NCBI GenBank assembly: GCA_964447395.1
Contig: CAYUSO010000001.1
Location: 73,003 to 137,002, forward strand
Origin: an uncultured Rhizobium sp.
GTDB taxonomy: Bacteria > Pseudomonadota > Alphaproteobacteria > Rickettsiales > UBA1997
Length of the DNA: 64,000 nucleotides
Reading direction: 5' to 3'
Shown one piece after another: positions 26,577 through 34,393 of the stretch; the stretch's first letter is position 1; each line of letters begins with the position of its first letter. The notes under the pieces are model-generated. The model was given only the letters and a program-made list of their open reading frames with translations, ran no database searches and was not told the DNA's origin. A program made the translations under genes and the position numbers.

Positions 26577-27268
26577 ACCTCCTCCTCTTCCTCAACAACG
26601 ACATGCACTCTGCGGCCGCGCTGGATTTGCTTTTGCCGGGTTTGGAAAGGCATGTGGTGAAGGTTATTTTATCGCAGAAAGTTGGGGGGAATTTTGAGTT
26701 GTCGGAGGGAATTTTAGAGTTGAAGGAGCACGAAAAATGTCGGTTTGATTGGCGGGAAAAATTTGGGTTTGAGGTTGAATCTTTTGACGATGTGAATGCG
26801 GAAAATGCGCTGCAGAATTTTCGCGATTTTGCTCCTGATTTGATAATTTCGATTCGCTTCGGACAGATCTTCAAACAGGCTCTAATCAACGTTCCGCGCT
26901 ATGGCGTGATAAATCTTCATTCGGGAATTTTACCGAAATATCGCGGAATTTTGGCGACATTTTGGGCGATTTTAAACGGCGAAAAAAAGATCGGAATGAC
27001 TCTGCATTACATCAACGATTCCGGCATCGATACTGGAGAAATTATTGAATTTTTTGAAGATGAAATTGATTGGAATTCGTCGCTATTTTTAAACATTAAC
27101 AAGCTCTACGAAGGCGGATCAGCATTAGTTTTGCGAGCTTTAGAAAAAATTTCTCGCGGTGAAAAAATTTCAACTATTTCGCAAAAAAAACTTGGTGATG
27201 GCGGATATTTTTCTTATCCGAAAAAGGCAGATGTTGAGAGATTCTTGGAGTTGATGACATTGGTTTGA
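26573..27268 (+). CDS. formyltransferase-family protein (Fmt/PurN N-terminal fold)
   Basis: 231 aa with NLHSGILPKYRG (catalytic Asn/His region) and IDTGEI. There is an ATGA overlap with the aminotransferase. Confidence 0.7.
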   Translation: MNLLLFLNNDMHSAAALDLLLPGLERHVVKVILSQKVGGNFELSEGILELKEHEKCRFDWREKFGFEVESFDDVNAENALQNFRDFAPDLIISIRFGQIFKQALINVPRYGVINLHSGILPKYRGILATFWAILNGEKKIGMTLHYINDSGIDTGEIIEFFEDEIDWNSSLFLNINKLYEGGSALVLRALEKISRGEKISTISQKKLGDGGYFSYPKKADVERFLELMTLV

Positions 27269-27377
27269 GACAGATCCCGAAACGAGTTCGGGATGACAAT
27301 TTGAGAGTTTGAGATGGCAATTTATTAAGGAAAATCTCACCAAGATTGTCATCCCGAACTCGTTTCGGGATCTGTCT
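27268..27377. repeat. REP-B palindromic element (GTCATCCCGAACTCGTTTCGGGATC family)
   Basis: Perfect 33-bp inverted arms (27268-27300 and 27345-27377). Each arm contains its own hairpin, ATCCCGAA-N5-TTCGGGAT. The element starts within the formyltransferase stop codon. Confidence 0.95.
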
Positions 27378-27409
27378 TCACATCGAAAAAATAGCAGCAA
27401 AATAGAACG

Positions 27410-28570
27410 CTAATTTGACCTAATTCTCATCTTTTCCATCTTCGCTTCTAACTCGATTTTCCTAAGATTCTCTAGCGCCGAAACCAATTCAGAAATTTTA
27501 TTTTCAGCGGCAAATTGATCGAGATTTTTTGTAGTTTTTTTAACTAAACCAAACTCGCTTTTCAGCGCTAAAATTGCGTGAGCATTGTAGGAAACTTCGG
27601 GCGAAATTATCACCTTTGCTTCACCTAAATTATTTTTGTCAAACTTAGCTAGAGACTCGATGAGAGTAGGCGCGAAAGTCTTCAGCCATTTTGCGTTAAA
27701 CAGATTTTTTTTCGCCGCAACGTAAGCAGAAATTTCCTTTTTTACTTCTTCGCTTTTGATTTCTTTAAAATTTTTTTGAATCGCTTCCGCCTTACTCGCT
27801 CCCCACGACAGCAATAGAAAAACTACTTTGGCGTGACCAGATTTTGCGGCAATTTCTAGCGCGCTAAATCCGAGATTTGTCTCGGCTTCAATATCAACTC
27901 CATCATCCAAAAACAGCAAAACAACATCGATGAAATTGCCTACAGCGGCATAGTGCAAAGCGTTCATGCTGTGATTATCTTCAACGGTGCGAGCATTTTT
28001 ATCGGCGCGAATTTTTAGCAAAAATTCTACGACATTTTTTTGTCCAAATTCTGCTGCAACAATGAGCGGAGTTAATCCAAATCCAGTTTTGGTTTCCTTG
28101 TCTACACCAGCTGAAATCAAGGCTTCAACCACTTGTGCGTGACCAAATTGCGCCGCATAATGCAACGGAACCCATTTGCGATTTTCTGCCGAAGCTTGCG
28201 GATTTTTTTCAGCTCCAGCGGAAAGTAAAAGCTGCGCTACAGCAACGCTGCCGCTGCACGCGGCGAAATGTAGCGGCGTAAAAAATCCGGTATTTTTGGA
28301 GTCGATATAGTTTTTATCCGCACCAGAAATCTGCAAAATTTTTGCCGTCGAACCTTCATCGCCGAACTTCGCCGCCAAATGCAAAATATTATTTTTTAGC
28401 GATCCGAATTGAAAATTTAGAAATTCTTTTTTTTCTTCAACAGAGTCTAAAGCCGCGATTTCATTGACTAAATCCGTAATCAGATTTTTTGTTTCAGCGA
28501 TTTCCTGCGGCGAAATTTTATCCAACTTTTTGTCAGAATTCTTTTCCAAAATATCGAGATGTTCCTGCAT
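27410..28570 (-). CDS. ankyrin-repeat protein
   Basis: 386 aa with about six ANK repeats (TPLHFAACSGSVAVAQLLLSAGAEKN, VPLHYAAQFGHAQVVEALISAGVDKE, NALHYAAVGNFIDVVLLFLDDGVDIE and others), flanked by helical regions. Confidence 0.85.
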   Translation of the reverse strand: MQEHLDILEKNSDKKLDKISPQEIAETKNLITDLVNEIAALDSVEEKKEFLNFQFGSLKNNILHLAAKFGDEGSTAKILQISGADKNYIDSKNTGFFTPLHFAACSGSVAVAQLLLSAGAEKNPQASAENRKWVPLHYAAQFGHAQVVEALISAGVDKETKTGFGLTPLIVAAEFGQKNVVEFLLKIRADKNARTVEDNHSMNALHYAAVGNFIDVVLLFLDDGVDIEAETNLGFSALEIAAKSGHAKVVFLLLSWGASKAEAIQKNFKEIKSEEVKKEISAYVAAKKNLFNAKWLKTFAPTLIESLAKFDKNNLGEAKVIISPEVSYNAHAILALKSEFGLVKKTTKNLDQFAAENKISELVSALENLRKIELEAKMEKMRIRSN

Positions 28571-28589
28571 TTTTTAAAATAAAATTGGA

Positions 28590-29096
28590 TTATCTACCAC
28601 GTCCATGTTGCCTTCCAGCCGCGCGTTCTTTGGCCTCGATCACGCTTGCCCAAAAACCTTTATCGCCGCGTTTATTGAGAATTTGTGCCGATTGCACGAG
28701 ATAAGTTAGCTTTTGACCAAGAATCATCGCCGTCCAAAAGCCAATTGGTTTGACGAAATCCACAATTTGCGTCTCATTCATTTCGTGCAATTCCTGCTCT
28801 TGTTCTTTTGACGGAATAATCTCGTAACTTCCGCTCTGCGCCTGATTTCCTCGCCCTTTCATTTCTGCTTTTACTTGCGAATGAGCGCGCGGAATTTCGA
28901 GTTTTCGTAGCAATTCTTCGTCTTCTTTGGGGAAATTTTTTTTACTTTGCGGGAGAATTTTTTTGCGGATTTTTTTGAGTTTATGATAACGCTTCTGTGC
29001 TTGATTAAAGAGGATCGCAAAGATTAATCGCGTCGATAAAACTAAACATAAAATCGCCAAAAAAATCGCTGTCAAAGTGGTAAAAATTTGCATCAA
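28590..29096 (-). CDS. hypothetical membrane-anchored protein
   Basis: 168 aa with one N-terminal TM segment, a Lys-rich linker and a C-terminus ending ...GRQHGRGR. There is a 4-nt overlap with the upstream gene. Confidence 0.5.
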   Translation of the reverse strand: MMQIFTTLTAIFLAILCLVLSTRLIFAILFNQAQKRYHKLKKIRKKILPQSKKNFPKEDEELLRKLEIPRAHSQVKAEMKGRGNQAQSGSYEIIPSKEQEQELHEMNETQIVDFVKPIGFWTAMILGQKLTYLVQSAQILNKRGDKGFWASVIEAKERAAGRQHGRGR

Positions 29097-29590
29097 CGCG
29101 AATCCTCACAAACCTGTTTTAGTTTTTCATAAGCCTTGTCAAAACCGATGAGAGAGTAAGTGTCACTGGCAATTTTTCCGTCACGCGCAATTCCGGTGAT
29201 GACCATGTCTGAGCTTTTTTGCATCTCTTTTATGATATCGATATCGTCATTTTTATCATTGGCCCAAGCCATAATTTTGTAAGGAAAGAGATAAAACTTC
29301 TTTGAGCCGAAAGAGACTTCAACATTGGAATTTTTGTTAAAAATAAATCCGGATGAGGCGCTGACTTCATCAGCATCGTCTTCAATATTTGTCACTAGAA
29401 AAAATGGCTCGCCGCGCTTGTCGTAATTGCCTTCACGCTTTATGGGAGTTGATGCCGCATAGCAAACGATGCGGTCGCCTCTTTCGGTCTTAAAAACATT
29501 CCAATCCTGAAACTTTCCTTGCAGCTCTTGCGCCGAAACGCTGGAAAAGGAGAAGATGGCAAAGGTCGTGAAGGCTTTTAAAAATTTCAT
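29093..29590 (-). CDS. secreted/periplasmic protein, possibly invasion-associated locus B (IalB)-like
   Basis: 165 aa. The signal peptide is MKFLKAFTTFAIFSFSSVSAQE. The pattern W-x-V...C...SLIGFDKAY...C is recalled as IalB-like, but the assignment is weak. Confidence 0.4.
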   Translation of the reverse strand: MKFLKAFTTFAIFSFSSVSAQELQGKFQDWNVFKTERGDRIVCYAASTPIKREGNYDKRGEPFFLVTNIEDDADEVSASSGFIFNKNSNVEVSFGSKKFYLFPYKIMAWANDKNDDIDIIKEMQKSSDMVITGIARDGKIASDTYSLIGFDKAYEKLKQVCEDSR

Positions 29591-29754
29591 AACTTGACTT
29601 TTTTTCCTTCAAAAATATTTTGCCCGCTCTTTTTTGAAGCCTTATAAATCTAGTATTGGCGAGTGTTGACAAGCATTCGCAAGCATCAGCGGGGCATTCT
29701 AATCTCAACAAAAAAGATCACGAAGATTTTTTAAAAAATCCAACAGAATTTAAA

Positions 29755-30570
29755 ATGTCGCACGAAAAAATTAGCCAAGAAATTACTGCGCTCGAAAATG
29801 CCGCAAAACATGAAGAGCAGGAAAGTGCTGCGCATGGTGAAAAACACTCACCTCTCGCACAATTTGAAGTGAAAAAAATTGTCGATCTTAAAATTGGAAA
29901 CACCGATTTAAGCTTCACAAATTCTGCGCTTTACATGGTGATAGCTACTTTTCTCATCATCGCTTTTATGCTTTTCTCAACACGCAAAAAATCGCTAATT
30001 CCTTCGCGTCTGCAAGTTGCTGGAGAATCGGTTTATAACTTTGTTTTCGACATCATTAAAGGCACAATTGGCGACGAAGGTGCAAAATTTTTCCCTCTAG
30101 TTTTCAGTCTGTTTACCTTCATCTTGCTCTGCAATTTTTTAGGCATGACGCCTTACAGCTTCACCGCTACAAGCCAAGTTGCGGTCACGCTCTCTTTGGC
30201 TATGGTTGCATTTATAACCATCACAGTTTTTGCCATCATTCGAAATGGATTCTTCGGATTTTTGCACATGTTTCTACCAAGCGGGGTGCCGCTGTGGATG
30301 GCTCCAGCAATTTTTGCCATCGAGCTTTTTTCATTCTTAATTCGCCCAGTCACGCTCTCGGTTCGTCTTTTTGCCAACATCGTCGCTGGCCACGTTCTGC
30401 TTAAGGTCGTAGCTGGTTTTATCATCTCGCTCGGCATAATTTTTGGCACATTGCCATTCTTGTTTAGCGTAATCATGACCGGTTTCGAACTATTCGTTGC
30501 CGTGCTTCAGGCTTACATTTTCTCCGTTCTTGTTTGTGCTTATCTTGGCGAAACAATGAAGGCGCACTAA
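29755..30570 (+). CDS. atpB: F0F1 ATP synthase subunit a
   Basis: LSVRLFANIVAGH is the conserved Arg region, and the protein is polytopic. The start was moved to the ATG at 29755; the track ORF starts at a TTG at 29656. Confidence 0.9.
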   Translation: MSHEKISQEITALENAAKHEEQESAAHGEKHSPLAQFEVKKIVDLKIGNTDLSFTNSALYMVIATFLIIAFMLFSTRKKSLIPSRLQVAGESVYNFVFDIIKGTIGDEGAKFFPLVFSLFTFILLCNFLGMTPYSFTATSQVAVTLSLAMVAFITITVFAIIRNGFFGFLHMFLPSGVPLWMAPAIFAIELFSFLIRPVTLSVRLFANIVAGHVLLKVVAGFIISLGIIFGTLPFLFSVIMTGFELFVAVLQAYIFSVLVCAYLGETMKAH

Positions 30571-30661
30571 GTCAATTACGAATTCTTTGACCCACCTCCC
30601 ATCAGGTCAAATAATCCCTCCCTATGGGTTTCTTCGATGGGTAATTTAACTTTTTTTTACT

Positions 30662-30913
30662 ATGCAAGAAGTCGCTACTGAAGTCGTAAATCATTACGCA
30701 TCTCTAAAATATATCGGTGTTGGTCTATGCTCAATTGGCATGGCTGGTGCTGCGGTTGCAATCGGAAATATCTTCGGATCTTTCTTCAACAGCTTGGCGC
30801 GCAATCCTTCTGCTGCTCCAAAAATTGAAAAATACATCTACATCGCCGTCGGTCTTGCTGAAGCGATGGGTATCTTCGCAGTACTACTCGCATTCCTCGT
30901 AATGTTCTCGTAA
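30662..30913 (+). CDS. atpE: F0F1 ATP synthase subunit c
   Basis: 83 aa, a two-TM hairpin with ARNP and GLAEA (the proton-binding Glu). Confidence 0.9.
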   Translation: MQEVATEVVNHYASLKYIGVGLCSIGMAGAAVAIGNIFGSFFNSLARNPSAAPKIEKYIYIAVGLAEAMGIFAVLLAFLVMFS

Positions 30914-30963
30914 ATCCAATAAGGGCGGCCTTCTGTATGGAGGTCGCCTAACGAATCCTTGCC

Positions 30964-31395
30964 ATGCCTCAATTCGATTTTACCACTTACAGCTCACAAA
31001 TTTTCTGGTTCTTATTGTGCTTCACCGCACTTTATTGCTCGATGCATTTTATCATTTTGCCAAGAATTCGTGAAATTATTGAAAATAGAAAAAACGTCAT
31101 CGAATCAGATATGGCGCTAACTCACGAACTAGATCAAAAAATAGAATCTCTACAAACAAAAACCGAAAAATTGCGCCAAGAAGCGAGTAAAAAATACCAA
31201 TCACAAATCGAAGAAACTGCGAGACAAGCCACTAAAAATCGCGATAAAGCTGTCGAAGAAATGAAAGAAAAAATCGATGCTATCACCAAAAAATCGCGTC
31301 AAGAAATCAAAAATTTCATTAAAGAAACTGAAGCAAAAAGCGCTTCGGCAATTCAAAATCTAATTCAGGAAATCAAAGCAAAAATTTTAGGCTAA
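30964..31395 (+). CDS. atpF2: F0F1 ATP synthase subunit b'
   Basis: 143 aa with an N-terminal TM segment followed by a long charged helix. It sits between atpE and atpF, as in alphaproteobacteria. Confidence 0.75.
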   Translation: MPQFDFTTYSSQIFWFLLCFTALYCSMHFIILPRIREIIENRKNVIESDMALTHELDQKIESLQTKTEKLRQEASKKYQSQIEETARQATKNRDKAVEEMKEKIDAITKKSRQEIKNFIKETEAKSASAIQNLIQEIKAKILG

Positions 31396-31398
31396 ACT

Positions 31399-31875
31399 AT
31401 GTTGCATTTCGACGAAAAATTCTGGTTAGCAATTGCATTTTTTGCATTTGCCACACTTATCATCAAATTCGTTTGGCCTTTAATTGCCAAGGGTTTGGAC
31501 AATAAATCAAAAAAAATCGCTGAAGATATTTTAACAGCAAAAGACCTGAGAGAAAAAGCTGAAAAACTTCTCGCCAGCGCAGAAAAATATTATCAAGAAT
31601 CAACAGATTTTGCGCAAAAATTATTGAAAGATGCTGAGGATGAAGCAAAAAAATTAGCAGCAGATTCAAGAGATACTCTCGAAAAAGAAGTGAGCAAAAA
31701 AACTGCTGCGGCACTTGAAAGAATCAAAATCGAGGAAGAGTCGGCAATTCGCGAAATCAAAACAAAAATCGTTTCAACAGCCATTGATGGACTTTCTTCA
31801 AAAATGGATTTGGATCAAAAAATTCACGAAAATTTAGTCGAAAAATCGATCAAGAATTTTGAAAGAATTCACTAA
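31399..31875 (+). CDS. atpF: F0F1 ATP synthase subunit b
   Basis: 158 aa with an N-terminal TM segment followed by a long charged helix. Confidence 0.8.
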   Translation: MLHFDEKFWLAIAFFAFATLIIKFVWPLIAKGLDNKSKKIAEDILTAKDLREKAEKLLASAEKYYQESTDFAQKLLKDAEDEAKKLAADSRDTLEKEVSKKTAAALERIKIEEESAIREIKTKIVSTAIDGLSSKMDLDQKIHENLVEKSIKNFERIH

Positions 31876-31876
31876 G

Positions 31877-31977
31877 AACGCGTCCCGAACTTGTTTTTGA
31901 TGTTTTCGTCATCCCGAACTCGTTTCGGGATCTATCTAGAATTTTAACAAGATCCTGAACCAAACTCAGGATGACAA
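31877..31977. repeat. REP-B palindromic element (degenerate, composite)
   Basis: GTCCCGAACTTGTTT, GTCATCCCGAACTCGTTTCGGGATCT and the variant GATCCTGAACCAAACTCAGGATGAC lie between atpF and pheT. Confidence 0.85.
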
Positions 31978-31987
31978 ATGCAGCTTC

Positions 31988-34378
31988 ATGAAATTCACCC
32001 TCTCCTCACTCAAAGAGCATCTCGAAACTTCTGCATCACTCGAGGAGATTTGCGCGAAACTCACCAGCATTGGTTTGGAAGTTGAATCACTTGATGATAA
32101 AGCAAAAATTCTCGCCCCATTTTCCGTCGCAAAAATCATCGAAGCCAAACCGCATGAAAATTCTACCAAACTAAAAATCTGCACAGTTGAAGTTCCAAAT
32201 TCACCAACGCCGCTGCAAATTATTTGCGGCGCGAGCAATGCCAGAAGCGGCTTGAAAGTGGCTTACGCACCAATCGGCTCAACAATTCCTGCCAATGGAA
32301 TGGTGATAAAAAAAGCCAAAATCGCCGGAGTTGAAAGCAATGGCATGTTGTGTTCGGCGCGCGAACTCGGCATTGGAAATGAAGATGCTGGAATCATCGA
32401 AATCGCAGAAAAATGGCCAGTCGGCACCAAAATCACCGAAGTTTTTTCGCTCAGCGATGCAGTAATTGAAATCAACGTCACACCAAATCGCGGCGATTGT
32501 TTGGGAGTTTACGGAATTGCGCGCGACCTTGCAGCATCTGGCATTGGCGAATTGAAAAAATTGCAAATCAAAAAAATTCCAGCGCAATTTTCTTTTTCAA
32601 TTGAAGTAAAAAATGAAGCGCCAGAAATCTGCCCTTACGCCGCTTTCCGCTATTTAAAAAATGTTAAAAATTGTGAATCGCCAAAATGGCTGAAAGAGAA
32701 ATTGCAAGCTGTTGGAATCAATTCAATTTCTGCAATTGTTGATGTGACGAATTACGTCATGCATGTTTTGAATCGTCCGATGCATGCTTACGACGCCAAT
32801 AAAATCAAATCTCCGCTGCAAATTCGCTTTGCAAAAAAAGATGAAAAATTCACTTCGCTAAAAAACGAAGAATTTATTTTGGATGAAAAAATTTTAGTAA
32901 TTTCAGATTCAGAAAAAAGCCTTGGAATTGCTGGCGTTATTGGCTCGGCAAATTCTTCCTGCGATTTGGAATCAACAGAAATTTTACTCGAAGCCGCATT
33001 TTTTAAACCATCATCAGTCGCATATTCTGGTCGCCAATTAAACATTTTATCCGATGCCAGACACCGCTTCGAACGCGGCGTTGACGAGTCTAGTTGCGAA
33101 CAAGGAATTGATTTGGCAACGCAATTAATTCTCGAAATTTGTGGCGGCGAAGTAAGCGAAATAAAATTCGTCGGACAAAAATCAGCACCGAAAAAAATCA
33201 CCTTCGATAGTTCAAAAATTAAAAAACTAACTGGTGTTGAAGTCGCGGAGGAGAAGGTTTGGGAGATTTTGTCGAGTTTAGGGTTTAAAGTCGTAAGTCG
33301 TAAGTCGTTAGTCGTAAGTGAGGTTGATATCCCATCGCATCGCCACGATATTTTTGCTTCGGAAGATTTGGTCGAAGAAGTAATCCGCATTTTTGGCTAT
33401 GATAAAATCCCTTCACAGCCACTTACGACTTACGACTCACAACTTACGACTAACATCAGCAACCACCTAACCGATTGCCGCTCCCACCTCGCCTCTCTTG
33501 GCCTTACCGAAATAATTTCTTGGTCATTTGTTGATTCAAAGCTTGTCGAAATTTTTGGCGAAAAAAATGAAAAATTAATTTTGGCTAATCCGATTTCTTC
33601 GGAAATGGATCACATGCGCCCTACTCTGGCAATTGGTTTGATCGAATCTTACAAAAAAAATTCGCTGCGAAATTTTTCTAATCTTTCACTTTTTGAAATT
33701 GGAAATGTTTTTGTGGAAGACGCGCAGAAGCTAATGATTTCAGGCCTTCGCGCCGGAAAAAATAAAGAGCAAAATCACTATCATGATGAAAGAGATTTTG
33801 ATGTTTTTGATGTGAAAAAAGATTTTTTTGAAGTGGTAGAAAATTTTGGCTTACGCTTTGAAAGCTTGCAACTCAACACTTCAGACGCGCCAAAATATTA
33901 CCACCCTCACCGCTCTTGCTCTCTAAAATTAGGAAAAAATTTGGTTGGATTTTTTGGCGAAATTCATCCGGCGATTACAAAAAAATTTGATTTAAAAACT
34001 CGCATAAATCTTTTTGAAATTTTTGTCGACTCTCTTCCAAACTCACAAAAATCAAGCTCGCGCAAGGCTTTTGCCAAAGCTTTTGTGATTAATGATTTAC
34101 CAATTGTCGAACGCGATTTTGCATTTTTAGCTGACAAAAATTTAGCCGTTAGCGACTTAATAAAAACCGTCACAAATGCTGAAAAAAATCTCATCAAAGA
34201 AGTAAATATTTTCGATATTTTTAGCGGAAAAAATATCGCCGAAGACAAAAAATCCGTAGCTCTGCGCGTAAAAATTCAGCCTCAAGAAAAAACCCTCACC
34301 TCCGAAGAAATCGATGCAATAAGCAAAAAAATTGTTGATGCTACGCAAACAGCTCACAACGTGACTCTACGCGATTAA
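31988..34378 (+). CDS. pheT: phenylalanine-tRNA ligase beta subunit
   Basis: 796 aa with a tRNA-binding N-terminal domain, TPNRGDC, HRHDIFASEDLVEEVIRIFGYDKIP and a C-terminal FDX-ACB-like domain. It carries two heptamer tracts. Confidence 0.95.
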   Translation: MKFTLSSLKEHLETSASLEEICAKLTSIGLEVESLDDKAKILAPFSVAKIIEAKPHENSTKLKICTVEVPNSPTPLQIICGASNARSGLKVAYAPIGSTIPANGMVIKKAKIAGVESNGMLCSARELGIGNEDAGIIEIAEKWPVGTKITEVFSLSDAVIEINVTPNRGDCLGVYGIARDLAASGIGELKKLQIKKIPAQFSFSIEVKNEAPEICPYAAFRYLKNVKNCESPKWLKEKLQAVGINSISAIVDVTNYVMHVLNRPMHAYDANKIKSPLQIRFAKKDEKFTSLKNEEFILDEKILVISDSEKSLGIAGVIGSANSSCDLESTEILLEAAFFKPSSVAYSGRQLNILSDARHRFERGVDESSCEQGIDLATQLILEICGGEVSEIKFVGQKSAPKKITFDSSKIKKLTGVEVAEEKVWEILSSLGFKVVSRKSLVVSEVDIPSHRHDIFASEDLVEEVIRIFGYDKIPSQPLTTYDSQLTTNISNHLTDCRSHLASLGLTEIISWSFVDSKLVEIFGEKNEKLILANPISSEMDHMRPTLAIGLIESYKKNSLRNFSNLSLFEIGNVFVEDAQKLMISGLRAGKNKEQNHYHDERDFDVFDVKKDFFEVVENFGLRFESLQLNTSDAPKYYHPHRSCSLKLGKNLVGFFGEIHPAITKKFDLKTRINLFEIFVDSLPNSQKSSSRKAFAKAFVINDLPIVERDFAFLADKNLAVSDLIKTVTNAEKNLIKEVNIFDIFSGKNIAEDKKSVALRVKIQPQEKTLTSEEIDAISKKIVDATQTAHNVTLRD
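33290..33317 (-). repeat. (GTCGTAA)x4 = reverse-orientation heptamer tract, in frame inside pheT
   Basis: GTCGTAA GTCGTAA GTCGTTA GTCGTAA encodes VVSRKSLVVS. The third unit carries the A-to-T change at 33309 that turns an in-frame TAA into TTA. Confidence 0.95.
33424..33451 (+). repeat. (TTACGAC)x4 heptamer tract, in frame inside pheT
   Basis: TTACGAC TTACGAC TCACAAC TTACGAC encodes LTTYDSQLTT. It forms an inverted pair with 33290-33317, 106 nt away. Confidence 0.95.
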
Positions 34379-34393
34379 TTAATCTTCGTAGAA

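Noticed and set aside
26302-26889. 195-aa minus-strand ORF spanning the aminotransferase/formyltransferase junction
   Set aside because: Both sense-strand genes carry clear family motifs and overlap by ATGA. The antisense ORF has no recognisable features.
29656-29754. TTG-initiated 33-codon extension of atpB
   Set aside because: The extension is hydrophilic and non-conserved in appearance. The ATG at 29755 gives a length typical for subunit a. The choice remains uncertain.
32788-33390. 200-aa minus-strand ORF inside pheT
   Set aside because: It is antisense to a well-conserved PheT region, has a Ser-rich low-information sequence and is partly generated by the heptamer tract.
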